Assembly (NCBI GenBank): GCA_029861865.1
Contig: JAOTYL010000016.1
Coordinates: forward strand, 15,633 to 79,632
Length of the DNA stretch: 64,000 nucleotides
Direction of reading: 5' to 3'
DNA from: Myxococcales bacterium
Lineage (GTDB): Bacteria; Myxococcota_A; Polyangia; Polyangiales; Houyiibacteriaceae
The position numbers and the translations under genes were made by a program. Every line of letters starts with the position of its first letter. The stretch's first letter is position 1. The notes under the pieces were generated by a model. The model searched no databases and was not told the DNA's origin. It worked only from the letters and a program-made list of their open reading frames with translations. Below are positions 35,878-47,868 of the stretch, piece by piece.

Positions 35878-36853
35878 CGTAGGCCTCCCGTTGCATCCGG
35901 AGGAGTAGCCAGAGAAACAAAGGCGCCCCGATCAGACCGGTCACGATGCCGAGAGGGATTTCAGAGCGGCCCGGCATCGCGCGGCCGAGCGCATCGCATG
36001 CGATCAGAAACGCCCCACCAAGCAGGGCAGCGCTCGGCACAAGGCGGCGGTGCTCCGCCCCGACGATCGGTCGAAGCGCGTGTGGCACGATCAGCCCAAC
36101 GAACGCGACCCCGCCGCCAACCGACACTGCGGCGCCGGTGAGAACTGCCACCCAGACCACGACCCATCTCCGAGTTGCTTTGACGTCGACACCGAGGCTT
36201 GCCGCCTCTTCCTCCCCGGAAAGCATCACGTCGAGCGCATGCCCCCAACCCCAAATCGCGACCGTGCCCGCGATGATCAACGGGAGCGCAAACAGAACGT
36301 GCCGCACACCCGCTCCGCTGACGCTTCCGAGCGACCAGGCTACCATCGTGCGCCCGAGCTCCCAGGAATCTTGCGCCATGCTCGTCAGGAAGCTTCCGAT
36401 GCTGAGAAACAGTGATGACAAGATGAAGCCGGTGAGAAGTAAGGTAAGCAGGTCGGCGCCTGCGCGGAGAAACATCACCAAGATCCCGAGCGCCACGAGT
36501 GCCCCGAGCAGGCTGCCAATGGGCAGCACCATTTCGATCGTGAGGGCAGCGGTGGCCCCGGAGAATGCGCTTGCCGTGAGGAGCGCAATTTGACCGCCCA
36601 GGTTGGCGCCGGCGGTCGTGCCTAGAATCGAAGGGCTCGCGAGCGGATTTCGAAAGAGCCCCTGAACCGCGACCCCTCCGACGGACAACGCAGCGCCGGC
36701 GAGGAATGCCGCAAGCAGACGCGCACCTCGGAGTTGCAAGAGCGTCGCGCGTAGACTCTCGTCACCGAGCGAGGCAGTGCCGGTAAAGAGGGCCAGCGCT
36801 CCAGCAACGACGACCGCGAGCACGAGCGCAACATGTAGGCGGGTGGCGGACAT
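35870..36853 (-). CDS. FecCD/BtuC-family ABC permease
   Basis: QGLFRNPLASPSILG, GEEEAASLG, FVGLIVPH, EIPLGIVT. Confidence 0.93.
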   Translation of the reverse strand: MSATRLHVALVLAVVVAGALALFTGTASLGDESLRATLLQLRGARLLAAFLAGAALSVGGVAVQGLFRNPLASPSILGTTAGANLGGQIALLTASAFSGATAALTIEMVLPIGSLLGALVALGILVMFLRAGADLLTLLLTGFILSSLFLSIGSFLTSMAQDSWELGRTMVAWSLGSVSGAGVRHVLFALPLIIAGTVAIWGWGHALDVMLSGEEEAASLGVDVKATRRWVVVWVAVLTGAAVSVGGGVAFVGLIVPHALRPIVGAEHRRLVPSAALLGGAFLIACDALGRAMPGRSEIPLGIVTGLIGAPLFLWLLLRMQREAYDG

Positions 36854-36947
36854 TCGAGGCTCGCAGAGGGGTTACGCGTGGTGCGACTTCCCGTCAATCG
36901 GCGCCTTTTTCCACAGGCAGAGCTCGATCCCATCTACTATCGAGATC

Positions 36948-39266
36948 ATGCGGTGGCTTGGGCGCTCGGCGCCTTGCTTAGCTTTGAGCTTGTGTGTGTG
37001 GGCTGGCTTGGCCTCCGCACAAGACCTCGTGCCGCCCAGGGTCAAGAGCCTGCCCGTCGTCGAGGTGCCTCCCGGGCTCGAGGTGCCCGAAAGCGCGACT
37101 GTACGATTGCTGGTGCGGATCGAGCCCGAGGGTTCTGCAGTGGTCGAACGGTGCGATGCGGAAAGGGCTCTATGCGACGTCATCGACCAGGCGATTGCCG
37201 ATTCGGAGTTCGTGCCCGCAACCCGCGACGGGAATCCCGTTTCATCTCGCGTTCAGGTCGACATTCGCCTCACCATCGCGCCTGCCGCGGAAGACGCGTC
37301 AGACTCGCCTCCCGAGACCGAGCGCGATACCGCCGATGCGTTGGTGTTCTCCGAAACCGCCGAAGTAGATGCACGCACCCGCCAAGCGATCGAGCTTGAG
37401 CTCGAGGGCATCCGGAACATCCCCGGAACGTTGGGCGATCCCTATCGAACGCTCTTGCTCATGCCGTGCGTCGTTCCGATCGCGAACGGTCAGCCTTACG
37501 GTTACGTGTGCGGAGCCCCCCCATCTGGCACCGCTTACCTCTACGACGACCTCCGAATCCCCCTGCTTTTTCATTCTGCGGTCGGGGCTGCAACCATCCA
37601 TCCTGCGATCATTCGAGAGGTCAATCTGTACCCGTCTGCACCGACGGCCCGGTACGGTCGTTTCACGGGGGGTGTCATGTCTGGAGACCCCCGCACGATT
37701 CCGAATGATCGGGTCCATGGCGAGGCCGAGCTTCGCACGATCGACGTGTCCGGGATGCTCAACGTTCCGCTTCCGAAAGAGGGATCGATGACGTTCTCAG
37801 GCGCCTATGGGTTTCCTAACCTCTTGCTGGGAGCTCTCAACGTCGATGCCACCGTGGACTACTGGGACTATCAATACAGGGCCGATGTTGCGATGAGCGC
37901 GCGGTCGCGCTTCCAGTTGGTGGCCTTTGGTGGGCGCGACAACTCGGTCGTCGACGAAAGCCAGCCGAGTGAGCGGCTCGCGCTGGGCCTTCAGTTTCAT
38001 CGCGTCGAGACACGGTTCGTAGGCCAGCTAGACAAGTGGGAAGTCGTCGGAACGATGCTCTACGGCTACGATTTTTCGAACGTCGAGGACAGCTCCGCCC
38101 AGAATCTTTCGAACGCCAGCGCAAACATCCATCGCTTTGGACCGAGGCTCTGGGCGACTTACACGGCACCGAAGTTCCAAGTGCGTCTCGGGGGCGATGT
38201 CGCCGGCTTGTTTGGCCCGATTCGCTGCAATGAAGATCCCATCGCGGACATCCCGACCCCATGCGATCCTGATTTCGCGGCCCAAACACGGAGGGTCATT
38301 GGCGGCGTCTATGTCGACGCCAACGTCGCGCCCATCAAGTGGCTGGATCTTTCAGTCGGGGTCCGCGGTGACGTATGGAACACCGCCGGCGAGCGTGATG
38401 CGGGGGTGAGTCCCCGCGCTCGCGCGACGTTTCATGCTTTGGACATTGCCGACGTGTTTGTGGGTTGGGGGTTTGGAATCCTGCCTGCAGTCTATTCAAT
38501 TCCGCTTCCGGGACTCGGCGATGTGCCGCTCGAGCCCGGCCTTCAGCGCGCGAATCAAACCGAGGCCGGGGTGCGCTTCTTTCTTCCCTATGAGCTCACG
38601 CTCGAAGCACGCGGCTATATCAATTTGTACCGCGATATTCGCTTCGTCGACATATTCACCAACCCCGAAATCAACTCGCAGGGTGGGATCCTCGAGGGTT
38701 TCATCGACGACGCTGCTGACGGCAAAAGCTATGGAGCGACTCTGTTGCTTCAGCGACCTTTCCAGATCGGCTTTTCGACGTTCTTTGCCTACACGCTTGG
38801 CTTCAGCGATCTGACCGCGACTGCACTCGCGTTGGACGGAATCACGGTGATTCAGGACTTCGACTACACGCCGTCGTACGACGTGAGACATGTCTTGAAT
38901 GCCGTGCTGGCGTGGCAGGCGAAGTTTGGGCTCATCATCAGCGCGCGCATGTCGACACGATCGGGCCGCACCGAAGGCTGGGTGTGGCTCGACGACAACG
39001 GTGTCGTTCAGCAGTATATCCAGCGGGTCCCTTGGTTTACGCGGCTTGACGCTTCAATTGCCTACGAGTGGGCGAAACCGGGTCGACGCATGCGGATCGC
39101 TCTCGAGTGGGTGAACATCACGCAGGCTCGGGATGCCCAGGAGCTTTCCGAGCAGTCGACCGAGGAGGCGTGTCGGAGCCGCAGCGGTGTCCCTGCCGAG
39201 CCCTGCCCCTTGGTCTTCACGACCGCGATCTGGTTTCCCAACCTGTCGTTCCGGACCACCTTTTGA
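36948..39266 (+). CDS. TonB-dependent receptor with N-terminal TonB-C-like domain (myxobacterial type)
   Basis: Signal peptide, FVPATRDGNPV TonB-C-like segment, plug IPGTLGDP...YGRFTGG, SPR, C-terminal F. Confidence 0.82.
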   Translation: MRWLGRSAPCLALSLCVWAGLASAQDLVPPRVKSLPVVEVPPGLEVPESATVRLLVRIEPEGSAVVERCDAERALCDVIDQAIADSEFVPATRDGNPVSSRVQVDIRLTIAPAAEDASDSPPETERDTADALVFSETAEVDARTRQAIELELEGIRNIPGTLGDPYRTLLLMPCVVPIANGQPYGYVCGAPPSGTAYLYDDLRIPLLFHSAVGAATIHPAIIREVNLYPSAPTARYGRFTGGVMSGDPRTIPNDRVHGEAELRTIDVSGMLNVPLPKEGSMTFSGAYGFPNLLLGALNVDATVDYWDYQYRADVAMSARSRFQLVAFGGRDNSVVDESQPSERLALGLQFHRVETRFVGQLDKWEVVGTMLYGYDFSNVEDSSAQNLSNASANIHRFGPRLWATYTAPKFQVRLGGDVAGLFGPIRCNEDPIADIPTPCDPDFAAQTRRVIGGVYVDANVAPIKWLDLSVGVRGDVWNTAGERDAGVSPRARATFHALDIADVFVGWGFGILPAVYSIPLPGLGDVPLEPGLQRANQTEAGVRFFLPYELTLEARGYINLYRDIRFVDIFTNPEINSQGGILEGFIDDAADGKSYGATLLLQRPFQIGFSTFFAYTLGFSDLTATALALDGITVIQDFDYTPSYDVRHVLNAVLAWQAKFGLIISARMSTRSGRTEGWVWLDDNGVVQQYIQRVPWFTRLDASIAYEWAKPGRRMRIALEWVNITQARDAQELSEQSTEEACRSRSGVPAEPCPLVFTTAIWFPNLSFRTTF

Positions 39267-39274
39267 GCGGTGAG

Positions 39275-41533
39275 CTAGTCTTCGGCTAGCGTGGTCTCCG
39301 TCGCGGCCTTGCGATCTGTCGCTTCTCGTCCGATGCCGGACCAGTGATGCGGGTTGAGCGGGCCGGTGGCCGGCTGCACATCGACCAAGAACCCGGTGAG
39401 ATGCGCCATGCCGGAGACCTTCTCGAGGCGATCGGGGCCATCGGCGGCCAGCAGGTTGACGTTGACGCCGGTGGTCTTGCGAGCGACGCCGAGGGCGCTG
39501 TCTTGGTGCCCCCAGCCATGCGGGAGCGCTACGGTGCCGGGCATCAGCTCAGCGTGAATCTTCACGGGTATGCGCACGGTCGCCGTTTCGGTGGACACGT
39601 CTGCAAGTCCGCCTTCAACCACGCCGATTCGCCCCGCGTCGTCTGGGTGCACATAGAGGTGGTTGGTCGTCCGGTCGCCGGTCACGAATTCTTCTATGTT
39701 GTGCGTCCACGAGTTGTGGGTGGTGATCGCACGTTTGGTGATCAGCTTGAGCTTGTCGCGGGTGTCGAGCTCAAGTTGAAAGTCAGCTTCGAGCTTCTTG
39801 GCTTGCTCTATGAGCACTGGGGGCGCCAGGTGCACTTTCTTGTCTTCGTGAATGACGCGTTTTCCGAGAAAGCTACCGGGATTGTGCTGTGGCCTCAGTC
39901 GTCCATGCTTCTCTTCGAGAAGCTTCTTGAAGCTTCCTTGCTTGGTCACTCGAAGCAGGCTCGAGAGCAAGAATTCCTGTGGAATGGAGGGTTGTTCGCC
40001 GCGGCGGCGGAACGAATGCAATGCCTTGCCGATCTCCAGCGTGCGCTGTGCGACGGCCGAGCCCCAAAGGTTGATGCCACTGGCTTTGGCGATGTCGAGG
40101 TAGATCGTGGCCTCATCGCGCTGCTCTCCTTGCGGTGGCACAATGGCCCGCGTCGCCTGGAGATAAGGTTTGCTTTGCAGCCCCAGCATCAACGGAAACA
40201 CGAAAGGAAGGTCCGGGCGCTGAAAAGAAGAAGTGCACGGAAGAACGTGCGTCGCGACCGACGCAGTTTCACTTGGTTGGATGTCGAGAACGACCAGCAG
40301 CTCGAGCTCCTTGAATGCGTCTCGCAGTCGTTCGGAGTTCGCCATCGTGATGAGGGGATTTCCTCCGGTTACGAACAACGCCTTGATCTGTCGATCCCCA
40401 GGCGTGAGGATCTCGTCAGCGAGAATGCCCCCCGGCATCGCATCGTTTACCGACTTGAAGTCTCCGATACGGCTGTCGTTCTGATGCAGGAGTGTGCCGG
40501 TCTTCTTGCCGAAAGCCGCGAAATCGATGACGCCCGTGCTCACCAAGGTCCCCCCGGGACGATCGAGGTTTCCGGAAATCGCATTGATGCACTCCTGAAG
40601 CCAGAACGCGAGCGACCCGTTGGTGCCCATGTTGACGCCGGTCGAGCAGTAGAGTGCAGCACCCTTCGCCTGGTGATAAGCGCGCACCATCGTGCGCAAG
40701 GTGTCTGCGGGGATCCGTGTGACCTCCGCGGTGCGCTCGGGCGGCCATCCTTCGGCGACACGGCAGATTTCGTCGAACCCCGTCATGTGCTCGTCGATGC
40801 GTGTGCGATCGATCGTTGCGGTCGCGAGCAGCTCGTGAAGGAAGGACAAGTAGAAGAACACGTCCGTATTGGGGCGTATGAAGACATGCTCGCCAGCGAC
40901 TTTGGCCGTCTCCGTCCGTCGGGGATCGACGATGAAGATCTTCGCACCGCGCGCTTCGATCTCTTTTAGTCGTCGAATTGGGTTAGAGACCTGTAGGAAG
41001 CTCCATTTGGAAATCGCCGGGTTTGCGCCAACGATGATCAGACACTCCAAGTTGTCGAGATCGGGGAAAGGCTGTGTAAACGGAAATCCGTAGACCTGAT
41101 GCGCGACGGCAAACTTGTTGGCGCAATCCTGGGTGGCGGACGAGAACATGCTGGCCGAGCCGACACCTTGCATGAACCCCTGAGCAAATACGGGATGAAG
41201 GACGCCGAATCCCGCTGCGGTCCCGACGTACATCGCGATGCTGTCGCGGCCATGATTGTCGATGAGCTCGCGCACTTTGCTGCCGATGCTGCCCAAGGCG
41301 TCGTCCCAGCTGACGCGCTGGAGCTCGCCTCCGATTCGCTGCATGGGGTAGAGCAAGCGGTCGGGGGTGTCGTACATCCGGTGTTGCTTGAGTCCCTTGA
41401 GGCATCCGTAGCCTTGCGTCGCCACGTGCTTTGAATCGGGCTTGATGTCGATGATCTGATCGCCATCGACTGTGACCTCGAGCCCGCAGAGGGCCTCACA
41501 GATTCGGCAGAAGGTGTGCTTCGTTTCGGTCAT
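39275..41533 (-). CDS. molybdopterin-dependent oxidoreductase (DMSO reductase superfamily)
   Basis: CRICEALCG...C Fe-S motif, GANP, VDPRRTETA, HNSWTHN, LPHGWG. Confidence 0.92.
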   Translation of the reverse strand: MTETKHTFCRICEALCGLEVTVDGDQIIDIKPDSKHVATQGYGCLKGLKQHRMYDTPDRLLYPMQRIGGELQRVSWDDALGSIGSKVRELIDNHGRDSIAMYVGTAAGFGVLHPVFAQGFMQGVGSASMFSSATQDCANKFAVAHQVYGFPFTQPFPDLDNLECLIIVGANPAISKWSFLQVSNPIRRLKEIEARGAKIFIVDPRRTETAKVAGEHVFIRPNTDVFFYLSFLHELLATATIDRTRIDEHMTGFDEICRVAEGWPPERTAEVTRIPADTLRTMVRAYHQAKGAALYCSTGVNMGTNGSLAFWLQECINAISGNLDRPGGTLVSTGVIDFAAFGKKTGTLLHQNDSRIGDFKSVNDAMPGGILADEILTPGDRQIKALFVTGGNPLITMANSERLRDAFKELELLVVLDIQPSETASVATHVLPCTSSFQRPDLPFVFPLMLGLQSKPYLQATRAIVPPQGEQRDEATIYLDIAKASGINLWGSAVAQRTLEIGKALHSFRRRGEQPSIPQEFLLSSLLRVTKQGSFKKLLEEKHGRLRPQHNPGSFLGKRVIHEDKKVHLAPPVLIEQAKKLEADFQLELDTRDKLKLITKRAITTHNSWTHNIEEFVTGDRTTNHLYVHPDDAGRIGVVEGGLADVSTETATVRIPVKIHAELMPGTVALPHGWGHQDSALGVARKTTGVNVNLLAADGPDRLEKVSGMAHLTGFLVDVQPATGPLNPHHWSGIGREATDRKAATETTLAED

Positions 41534-41594
41534 TCACGTCTCGACGAGGGCATTGCCCTCCTTTTCTGGACCAAGTTGACAGACTGTATAGGGC

Positions 41595-43745
41595 TCAGTC
41601 CTCGTGGATCAACTCGTCGAAGGCACGATTCACGTCGTCCATCGATTCGAGAAGCAGATCCTCGGACTCCCCAGAGGGCCCGCCGAGCCGCTGAAGCCGC
41701 TGGCCGACCTCGCGAAAGCCAGGCTCCCGCTGGAAAACGAAATCGTAGTGGAGTCGAGCTTGATCGGGCAGCCCGCCCACCTCGCAGGCGAGGGCCAGCT
41801 CGTAGTGGAGCCCGACCGCCTCGGTCTTGGTCTTTTCCGGACTTTCCAGACCAGACTGGAAGGCCTCTATCGCATCGTGCGGCTGACCTTCCTCCATGTA
41901 GATGAGGCCGATCATCGTCCAGCACAGGCAGCGCCTTCGCGGGTCAACCATCGCCACTTGGAACTCGCGTCGAGCATCCGGGAACAGGCCCATCTCTTTG
42001 TAGGCGATGCCCAGATCGAAATGTGTGTCGCTGTCGTCTTCGGCAACCTGCTCGGCCACACCGCGTTTGAATTGCTCGAATACGGTCTCGACGTCGATCA
42101 TCTCGGCGCCTTCGTCGACCGGCGCGATTTCGGCGACCTCGGCAAGCTCTTCGGCGAGCTTCTCGGCGAAGTCGAAGCCCTCGTCACCAGGCTCGAGCTC
42201 CTCGTATTCGAGCTCGTAGTCCGGTCCGTCATCGAATGCTTCGACCGGTGCCGCGACCGGGACAGACGACAGAATCGGTTGGGCGACCGCGGACACACCC
42301 GATGACGCGTTCGCAAGCTCTTCGATCTCGCGGGCCTTCCCGATCACGAGCGCATGGTCCGGGAGCGTGAGTTGAAGCTCGCTAATGACTGCGCGAGCCT
42401 GATCGAATAGCCCTTCTACGAGGTATGCATCGGCCAACTCGAGCGTGCGTTCCATCAAGCTGGGCGCGACCGCGGCTGACATCGGAGTTACTGCCTTGCT
42501 AACGAGTGGCAATGCTTGGAACTGCGCGAAGGTCATGGGCTCGAGCGCCGGCAGAGGGATCACGCGGCCGCCTGAGGACGCTGGTGTTGGAGGCGCCGTG
42601 GCGCGCGTGTCCATCGAAGGCTGGGACACTGACGGCAACATTCCGAGAGAGCTTTCATCCTCGAGCTCTTCCTCGAGATACATGATTCCCGAGGCGCCGC
42701 TCAGGCCCGACCCGCTGCTGAGTTGTGACGAAGGGCTCATCCCGGAGGTCGCACCGAGCCCAGACATCGAAACCGATACCGAGCCGGTCGGCGCGGGCGG
42801 CTGGTGAGCCGGGGCCGCTGGCGGCACGAAGTGCTGGCCTGAAGCCGAGGCGGTCTTCTGCAAGGCTCTTTGCGCTTCCTTGTCGTTCGGATTGATCTCG
42901 AGAATGCGGCGGAGCGCGCTCATCCGCTCCTGCGGGCGGTGTGCTTCCCGGTGGATTCGCGCGATTTCCCGATAGACGCTGGTCGCCTTGTCGGTTTGAG
43001 AAAGCATCAAGAAAGCTTCGGCGAGGAGCGAGAGCGTCGACACGTCGCGAGGGTCCGCCTTGAAGCAGATCTGCAGTTTTGCGAGAGCACGCTTGGGGTC
43101 CCGCCTGGTGATATATGTTTCAGCCAGCTCTTTCGCGACACGAACGTCGTTGCCGCGGTGGTAAAGCAATCGCTCGGCGACCTTGATGTAGTCATCGAGG
43201 CGGCCTTGATCCCGCAACAGCAATGCCCCTTGTTCGAACTCGTCGGCTGCGGGCTGCGTTCGTCCCGCTCGCGAGAGCGCCTCGGCATACTTGATCCGTA
43301 CAGGAATGTGCTCCGGATCGAGATCGACCATCTTCTTGAGCATCTCGAGCGCCATGTCGGTGTCGCCCGCGCGCATGAAGCCATTGGCGACGTCCTCGAA
43401 CACGCTCATCGCGTCGCTGATCAACTGAAGCTGCTCGTACATCTCACCGAGCTGCACCTGCGCGTCGAGCCGCGCGGGGTCGAGCTTCAAGATCTGCTTG
43501 TAGACCGCGATCGCCTTCAGGAAAAAGCCTTGTTGGGCGTAGTGGTTGGCAACCCGTTCGTAGGTCTCGATCGCTTTGCCGCGATCACCCTTGCGCACGT
43601 AGAGGTCACCGACTTTCAACAGCGAACGAACGTCACGCTTGTCGGCCGCAACCAGCTTCTGGTACTGCGCGATCGCCTTGTCGTATTGACCGCGGGCCTG
43701 GTACTTCCGGGCCGCGTCCAGAACCTTATTCCGATTGATGCTCAA
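41595..43745 (-). CDS. sgmX: TPR protein, SgmX-like (type IV pilus/social motility MglA effector)
   Basis: N-terminal TPRs (GFFLKAIAVYKQILKL, KKMVDLDPE), acidic linker, C-terminal THFDLGIAYKEMGL; synteny with accC-accB-mglC; TTG start. Confidence 0.78.
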   Translation of the reverse strand: MSINRNKVLDAARKYQARGQYDKAIAQYQKLVAADKRDVRSLLKVGDLYVRKGDRGKAIETYERVANHYAQQGFFLKAIAVYKQILKLDPARLDAQVQLGEMYEQLQLISDAMSVFEDVANGFMRAGDTDMALEMLKKMVDLDPEHIPVRIKYAEALSRAGRTQPAADEFEQGALLLRDQGRLDDYIKVAERLLYHRGNDVRVAKELAETYITRRDPKRALAKLQICFKADPRDVSTLSLLAEAFLMLSQTDKATSVYREIARIHREAHRPQERMSALRRILEINPNDKEAQRALQKTASASGQHFVPPAAPAHQPPAPTGSVSVSMSGLGATSGMSPSSQLSSGSGLSGASGIMYLEEELEDESSLGMLPSVSQPSMDTRATAPPTPASSGGRVIPLPALEPMTFAQFQALPLVSKAVTPMSAAVAPSLMERTLELADAYLVEGLFDQARAVISELQLTLPDHALVIGKAREIEELANASSGVSAVAQPILSSVPVAAPVEAFDDGPDYELEYEELEPGDEGFDFAEKLAEELAEVAEIAPVDEGAEMIDVETVFEQFKRGVAEQVAEDDSDTHFDLGIAYKEMGLFPDARREFQVAMVDPRRRCLCWTMIGLIYMEEGQPHDAIEAFQSGLESPEKTKTEAVGLHYELALACEVGGLPDQARLHYDFVFQREPGFREVGQRLQRLGGPSGESEDLLLESMDDVNRAFDELIHED

Positions 43746-43820
43746 CGCCCTCGCTCAGCCCCCATGCGTTCAGTACACCCACACAAGTCTACTAATGCCG
43801 CACCCACGGGGTCAATACGG

Positions 43821-45155
<1,335 letters not shown>

Positions 45156-45158
45156 GGC

Positions 45159-45584
<426 letters not shown>

Positions 45585-45607
45585 TCCGAGCTCCCCGCCG
45601 CGATGAA

Positions 45608-46063
45608 TCAGGCAGCAGGGTTCAGATAGTCGATCAGCGCGCGAAGTCCAAGCGCGTAGCTGGTCTTTCCAAAGCCGATGACCGAGCCGATACAGACGGC
45701 GGCGGTGAGTGACTCGTGACGAAATGGCTCGCGAGCCGCCGTGTTCGAAATATGAACCTCCACTGTCGGAAGCCCGCACGCAGCGATCCCATCTCGGAGC
45801 GAAACCGACGTGTGCGTCAGGCCCCCGGGGTTGATGATGACGCCATCGAACGAGTCGCGCGCGTCGTGAAGCCAGTCGATGAGCTGACCCTCTTGATTGG
45901 ATTGTCGGCAGTCGACGGTGGCGCCGAGTTGTTTGGCGAGCGTCCGAAGGGTTTGCTCGATGTCTTGCAGCGTGGTCGACCCGTAGACATCCGGCTCCCG
46001 CGTACCCAACAAGTTGAGGTTGGGGCCATTGAGCACCAATACTCGTTTCGTCGAGCTCGCCAT
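45608..46063 (-). CDS. aroQ: type II 3-dehydroquinate dehydratase
   Basis: LNGPNLNLLGTREPDVYG, QSNQEG, EVHISN..AREPFRH. Confidence 0.95.
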   Translation of the reverse strand: MASSTKRVLVLNGPNLNLLGTREPDVYGSTTLQDIEQTLRTLAKQLGATVDCRQSNQEGQLIDWLHDARDSFDGVIINPGGLTHTSVSLRDGIAACGLPTVEVHISNTAAREPFRHESLTAAVCIGSVIGFGKTSYALGLRALIDYLNPAA

Positions 46064-46068
46064 GACGC

Positions 46069-46428
46069 CTAGAGATTGTCGATCAATTCGGGTGCTTTGA
46101 CGCGCAGAAGATACCGAGCCTTGCCGACGTTGCCGCCCGGTTCGAGAGTCAGCGCGACGAAATACTCGTCCGAGAGCAGGCGGACGACGGTCGTGAGGCG
46201 TTCTGTCTTGAGCGACACTTCGTTCGTCATGCCCGTGTCGAGCATTTCAGCGGCGCGCTGCAAGCCCTTGAGCACGACCGTGTACTCCATACCCACCGAC
46301 TCGATGTCGAACGGACTGTCGCCTTTCGTGTACTGATCGATTGCGATCCCGTCCGAAGCCATCAGCAGCCCCGCTACTCCGCCGTCCGTTCTCTCGACAA
46401 GGTCTTGCAGAATTTCTCTGAACATCAC
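46069..46428 (-). CDS. mglC: roadblock/LC7 protein, MglC orthologue
   Basis: DGI motif, MEY...AAEML.TG..NEVSL, YFVAL...GNVGKARYLLRV; synteny with accB/accC/sgmX. Confidence 0.8.
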   Translation of the reverse strand: MMFREILQDLVERTDGGVAGLLMASDGIAIDQYTKGDSPFDIESVGMEYTVVLKGLQRAAEMLDTGMTNEVSLKTERLTTVVRLLSDEYFVALTLEPGGNVGKARYLLRVKAPELIDNL

Positions 46429-46467
46429 GCCTCCGCTTCGTAATCACCGCATGGACACGGCCCCGGG

Positions 46468-47868
46468 TCAAGTATCGCGCCGGGCCCCGGCCGCGTGATC
46501 AAACGATACTGTCAGCCCGCCGCCTTCGGTCTCGGAGAGAGTCAAAGTCAGGCCGTGACGCTTGGCGACGTCGCTTGCGATGTGTAACCCGAGCCCCATG
46601 CCATGCGGGTGGCGTGTACGCGCGTCGCCACCCCGAAACGAGGGCGTCAGAACACGTGCCCTGTCGACTTCAGGAATGCCCGGTCCGTCGTCCACGATCC
46701 GGAGCGACCAAGTTTCGTTGCTTCGGTCTAGGACGACCGCCACGTGCCCGCCCGCGTGGTTGTATCGCACGGCGTTTTGCACGACATTGCCGAGCGCCTG
46801 CTCCAGCAACGTCAAATCCCCGGGAAAATGGACCGGGTGTTCTGGCACGGCGAGCTCGAGGGCGACCTGTTTGCGTTTGGCGATTGGACGGTGTCGCTCC
46901 ACTACGCGCTCCACCAGGCGGTTGAGGTCGATGGGGTCGCGATGCCCGAGGCCCGTATCGGCTTCGAGACGCGCTGCGGCATTGAGGTTGTGGAGCAGGG
47001 AGCCGAGATACTGGGACTCCTCGATGCTCGGGACGATCGCCTTGGCGTCCAACGCCTCACCGGCTTCGATCCGCTGCTGGAGAGAAACGAGATGGCCTTG
47101 CAGGACGCTGAGCGGCAACATGACGTCGTGGGTCGTGTTCGCGATGTAGTTCCGTAGCGCGGCTTCACGTTCCCGAAGCGTCTCGAGGTGCGTCTGGATC
47201 GTCTGCCTGCTCTGTTCGAAGGCCCGGCCGAGGTCGGCGATTTCGTCGTTGCCAGCGACTTGAATCGGCTGATCGATTCCTTTGTCGATCCTTGCGACCG
47301 CTTCCGTCAGCTGACGTACACGGCGAACGATCGGGCCGGCCGCCAGCAACGAGACGATGATCACCATGATCGAGATCAAGAACGCTGGCATCAGGACCGC
47401 ACCCGAGAACCATGAGGGCGGTCCCTTGGCGCGTAAGAGAACGATCGAGCAGGGCCCCTCGTCCCAGGGCATGCGGACCGCGACTTGGGTCCGCCGTCGA
47501 TCAAACGACCGAGTGGTGGCCACCCGGTTGCCAGCCTCGAGTTGCTTGGCGAGCGCTTTCGGAAAGGGTGGGCTGTTCGGGTTGAGGCTCGTGAGATTTG
47601 CGTCGTAAGCAAACACACGGGGCTCGGCGAACGGATGGCCGGGCCGGTGCGTTCCCCTGCCGCGGCGCCGCGGATGGTTTCCGGGCCAACCTCCCGGATC
47701 AGCCTCGCACCGCTCGCGCCCCCCCGACTCCATCCGGTGCACAGCGCCCTCGGCAAGGGCCTCGATGCGCACTTGCGAACGGAATTTCGACTGCGCCCAC
47801 CCGAGCAATACCAGCATTGAAATGGTCGCAAGGCCCAAGGTTACCGCGAGTCGAGTACGGAGCTTCAT
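46468..47868 (-). CDS. HAMP-domain sensor histidine kinase
   Basis: 2 TM, HAMP (NDEIADL), THDVMLPL, NAVRY, DDGPG, GMGLGL. Confidence 0.9.
   Translation of the reverse strand: MKLRTRLAVTLGLATISMLVLLGWAQSKFRSQVRIEALAEGAVHRMESGGRERCEADPGGWPGNHPRRRGRGTHRPGHPFAEPRVFAYDANLTSLNPNSPPFPKALAKQLEAGNRVATTRSFDRRRTQVAVRMPWDEGPCSIVLLRAKGPPSWFSGAVLMPAFLISIMVIIVSLLAAGPIVRRVRQLTEAVARIDKGIDQPIQVAGNDEIADLGRAFEQSRQTIQTHLETLREREAALRNYIANTTHDVMLPLSVLQGHLVSLQQRIEAGEALDAKAIVPSIEESQYLGSLLHNLNAAARLEADTGLGHRDPIDLNRLVERVVERHRPIAKRKQVALELAVPEHPVHFPGDLTLLEQALGNVVQNAVRYNHAGGHVAVVLDRSNETWSLRIVDDGPGIPEVDRARVLTPSFRGGDARTRHPHGMGLGLHIASDVAKRHGLTLTLSETEGGGLTVSFDHAAGARRDT

Noticed and set aside
36854-36947. Cobalamin riboswitch between the ABC permease and the TonB receptor
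   Set aside because: Only about 94 bp with no recognisable B12-box, so the transporter substrate is left unassigned.
39344-40969. Long antisense ORFs (also 20894-22087, 42870-43829, 44613-45485, 53255-54196, 55705-56904)
   Set aside because: Shadow frames of well-supported genes, expected in high-GC DNA; no recognisable domains.
39275-41533. Selenocysteine or recoding in the molybdopterin enzyme
   Set aside because: The ORF is continuous and of normal length with no in-frame TGA.
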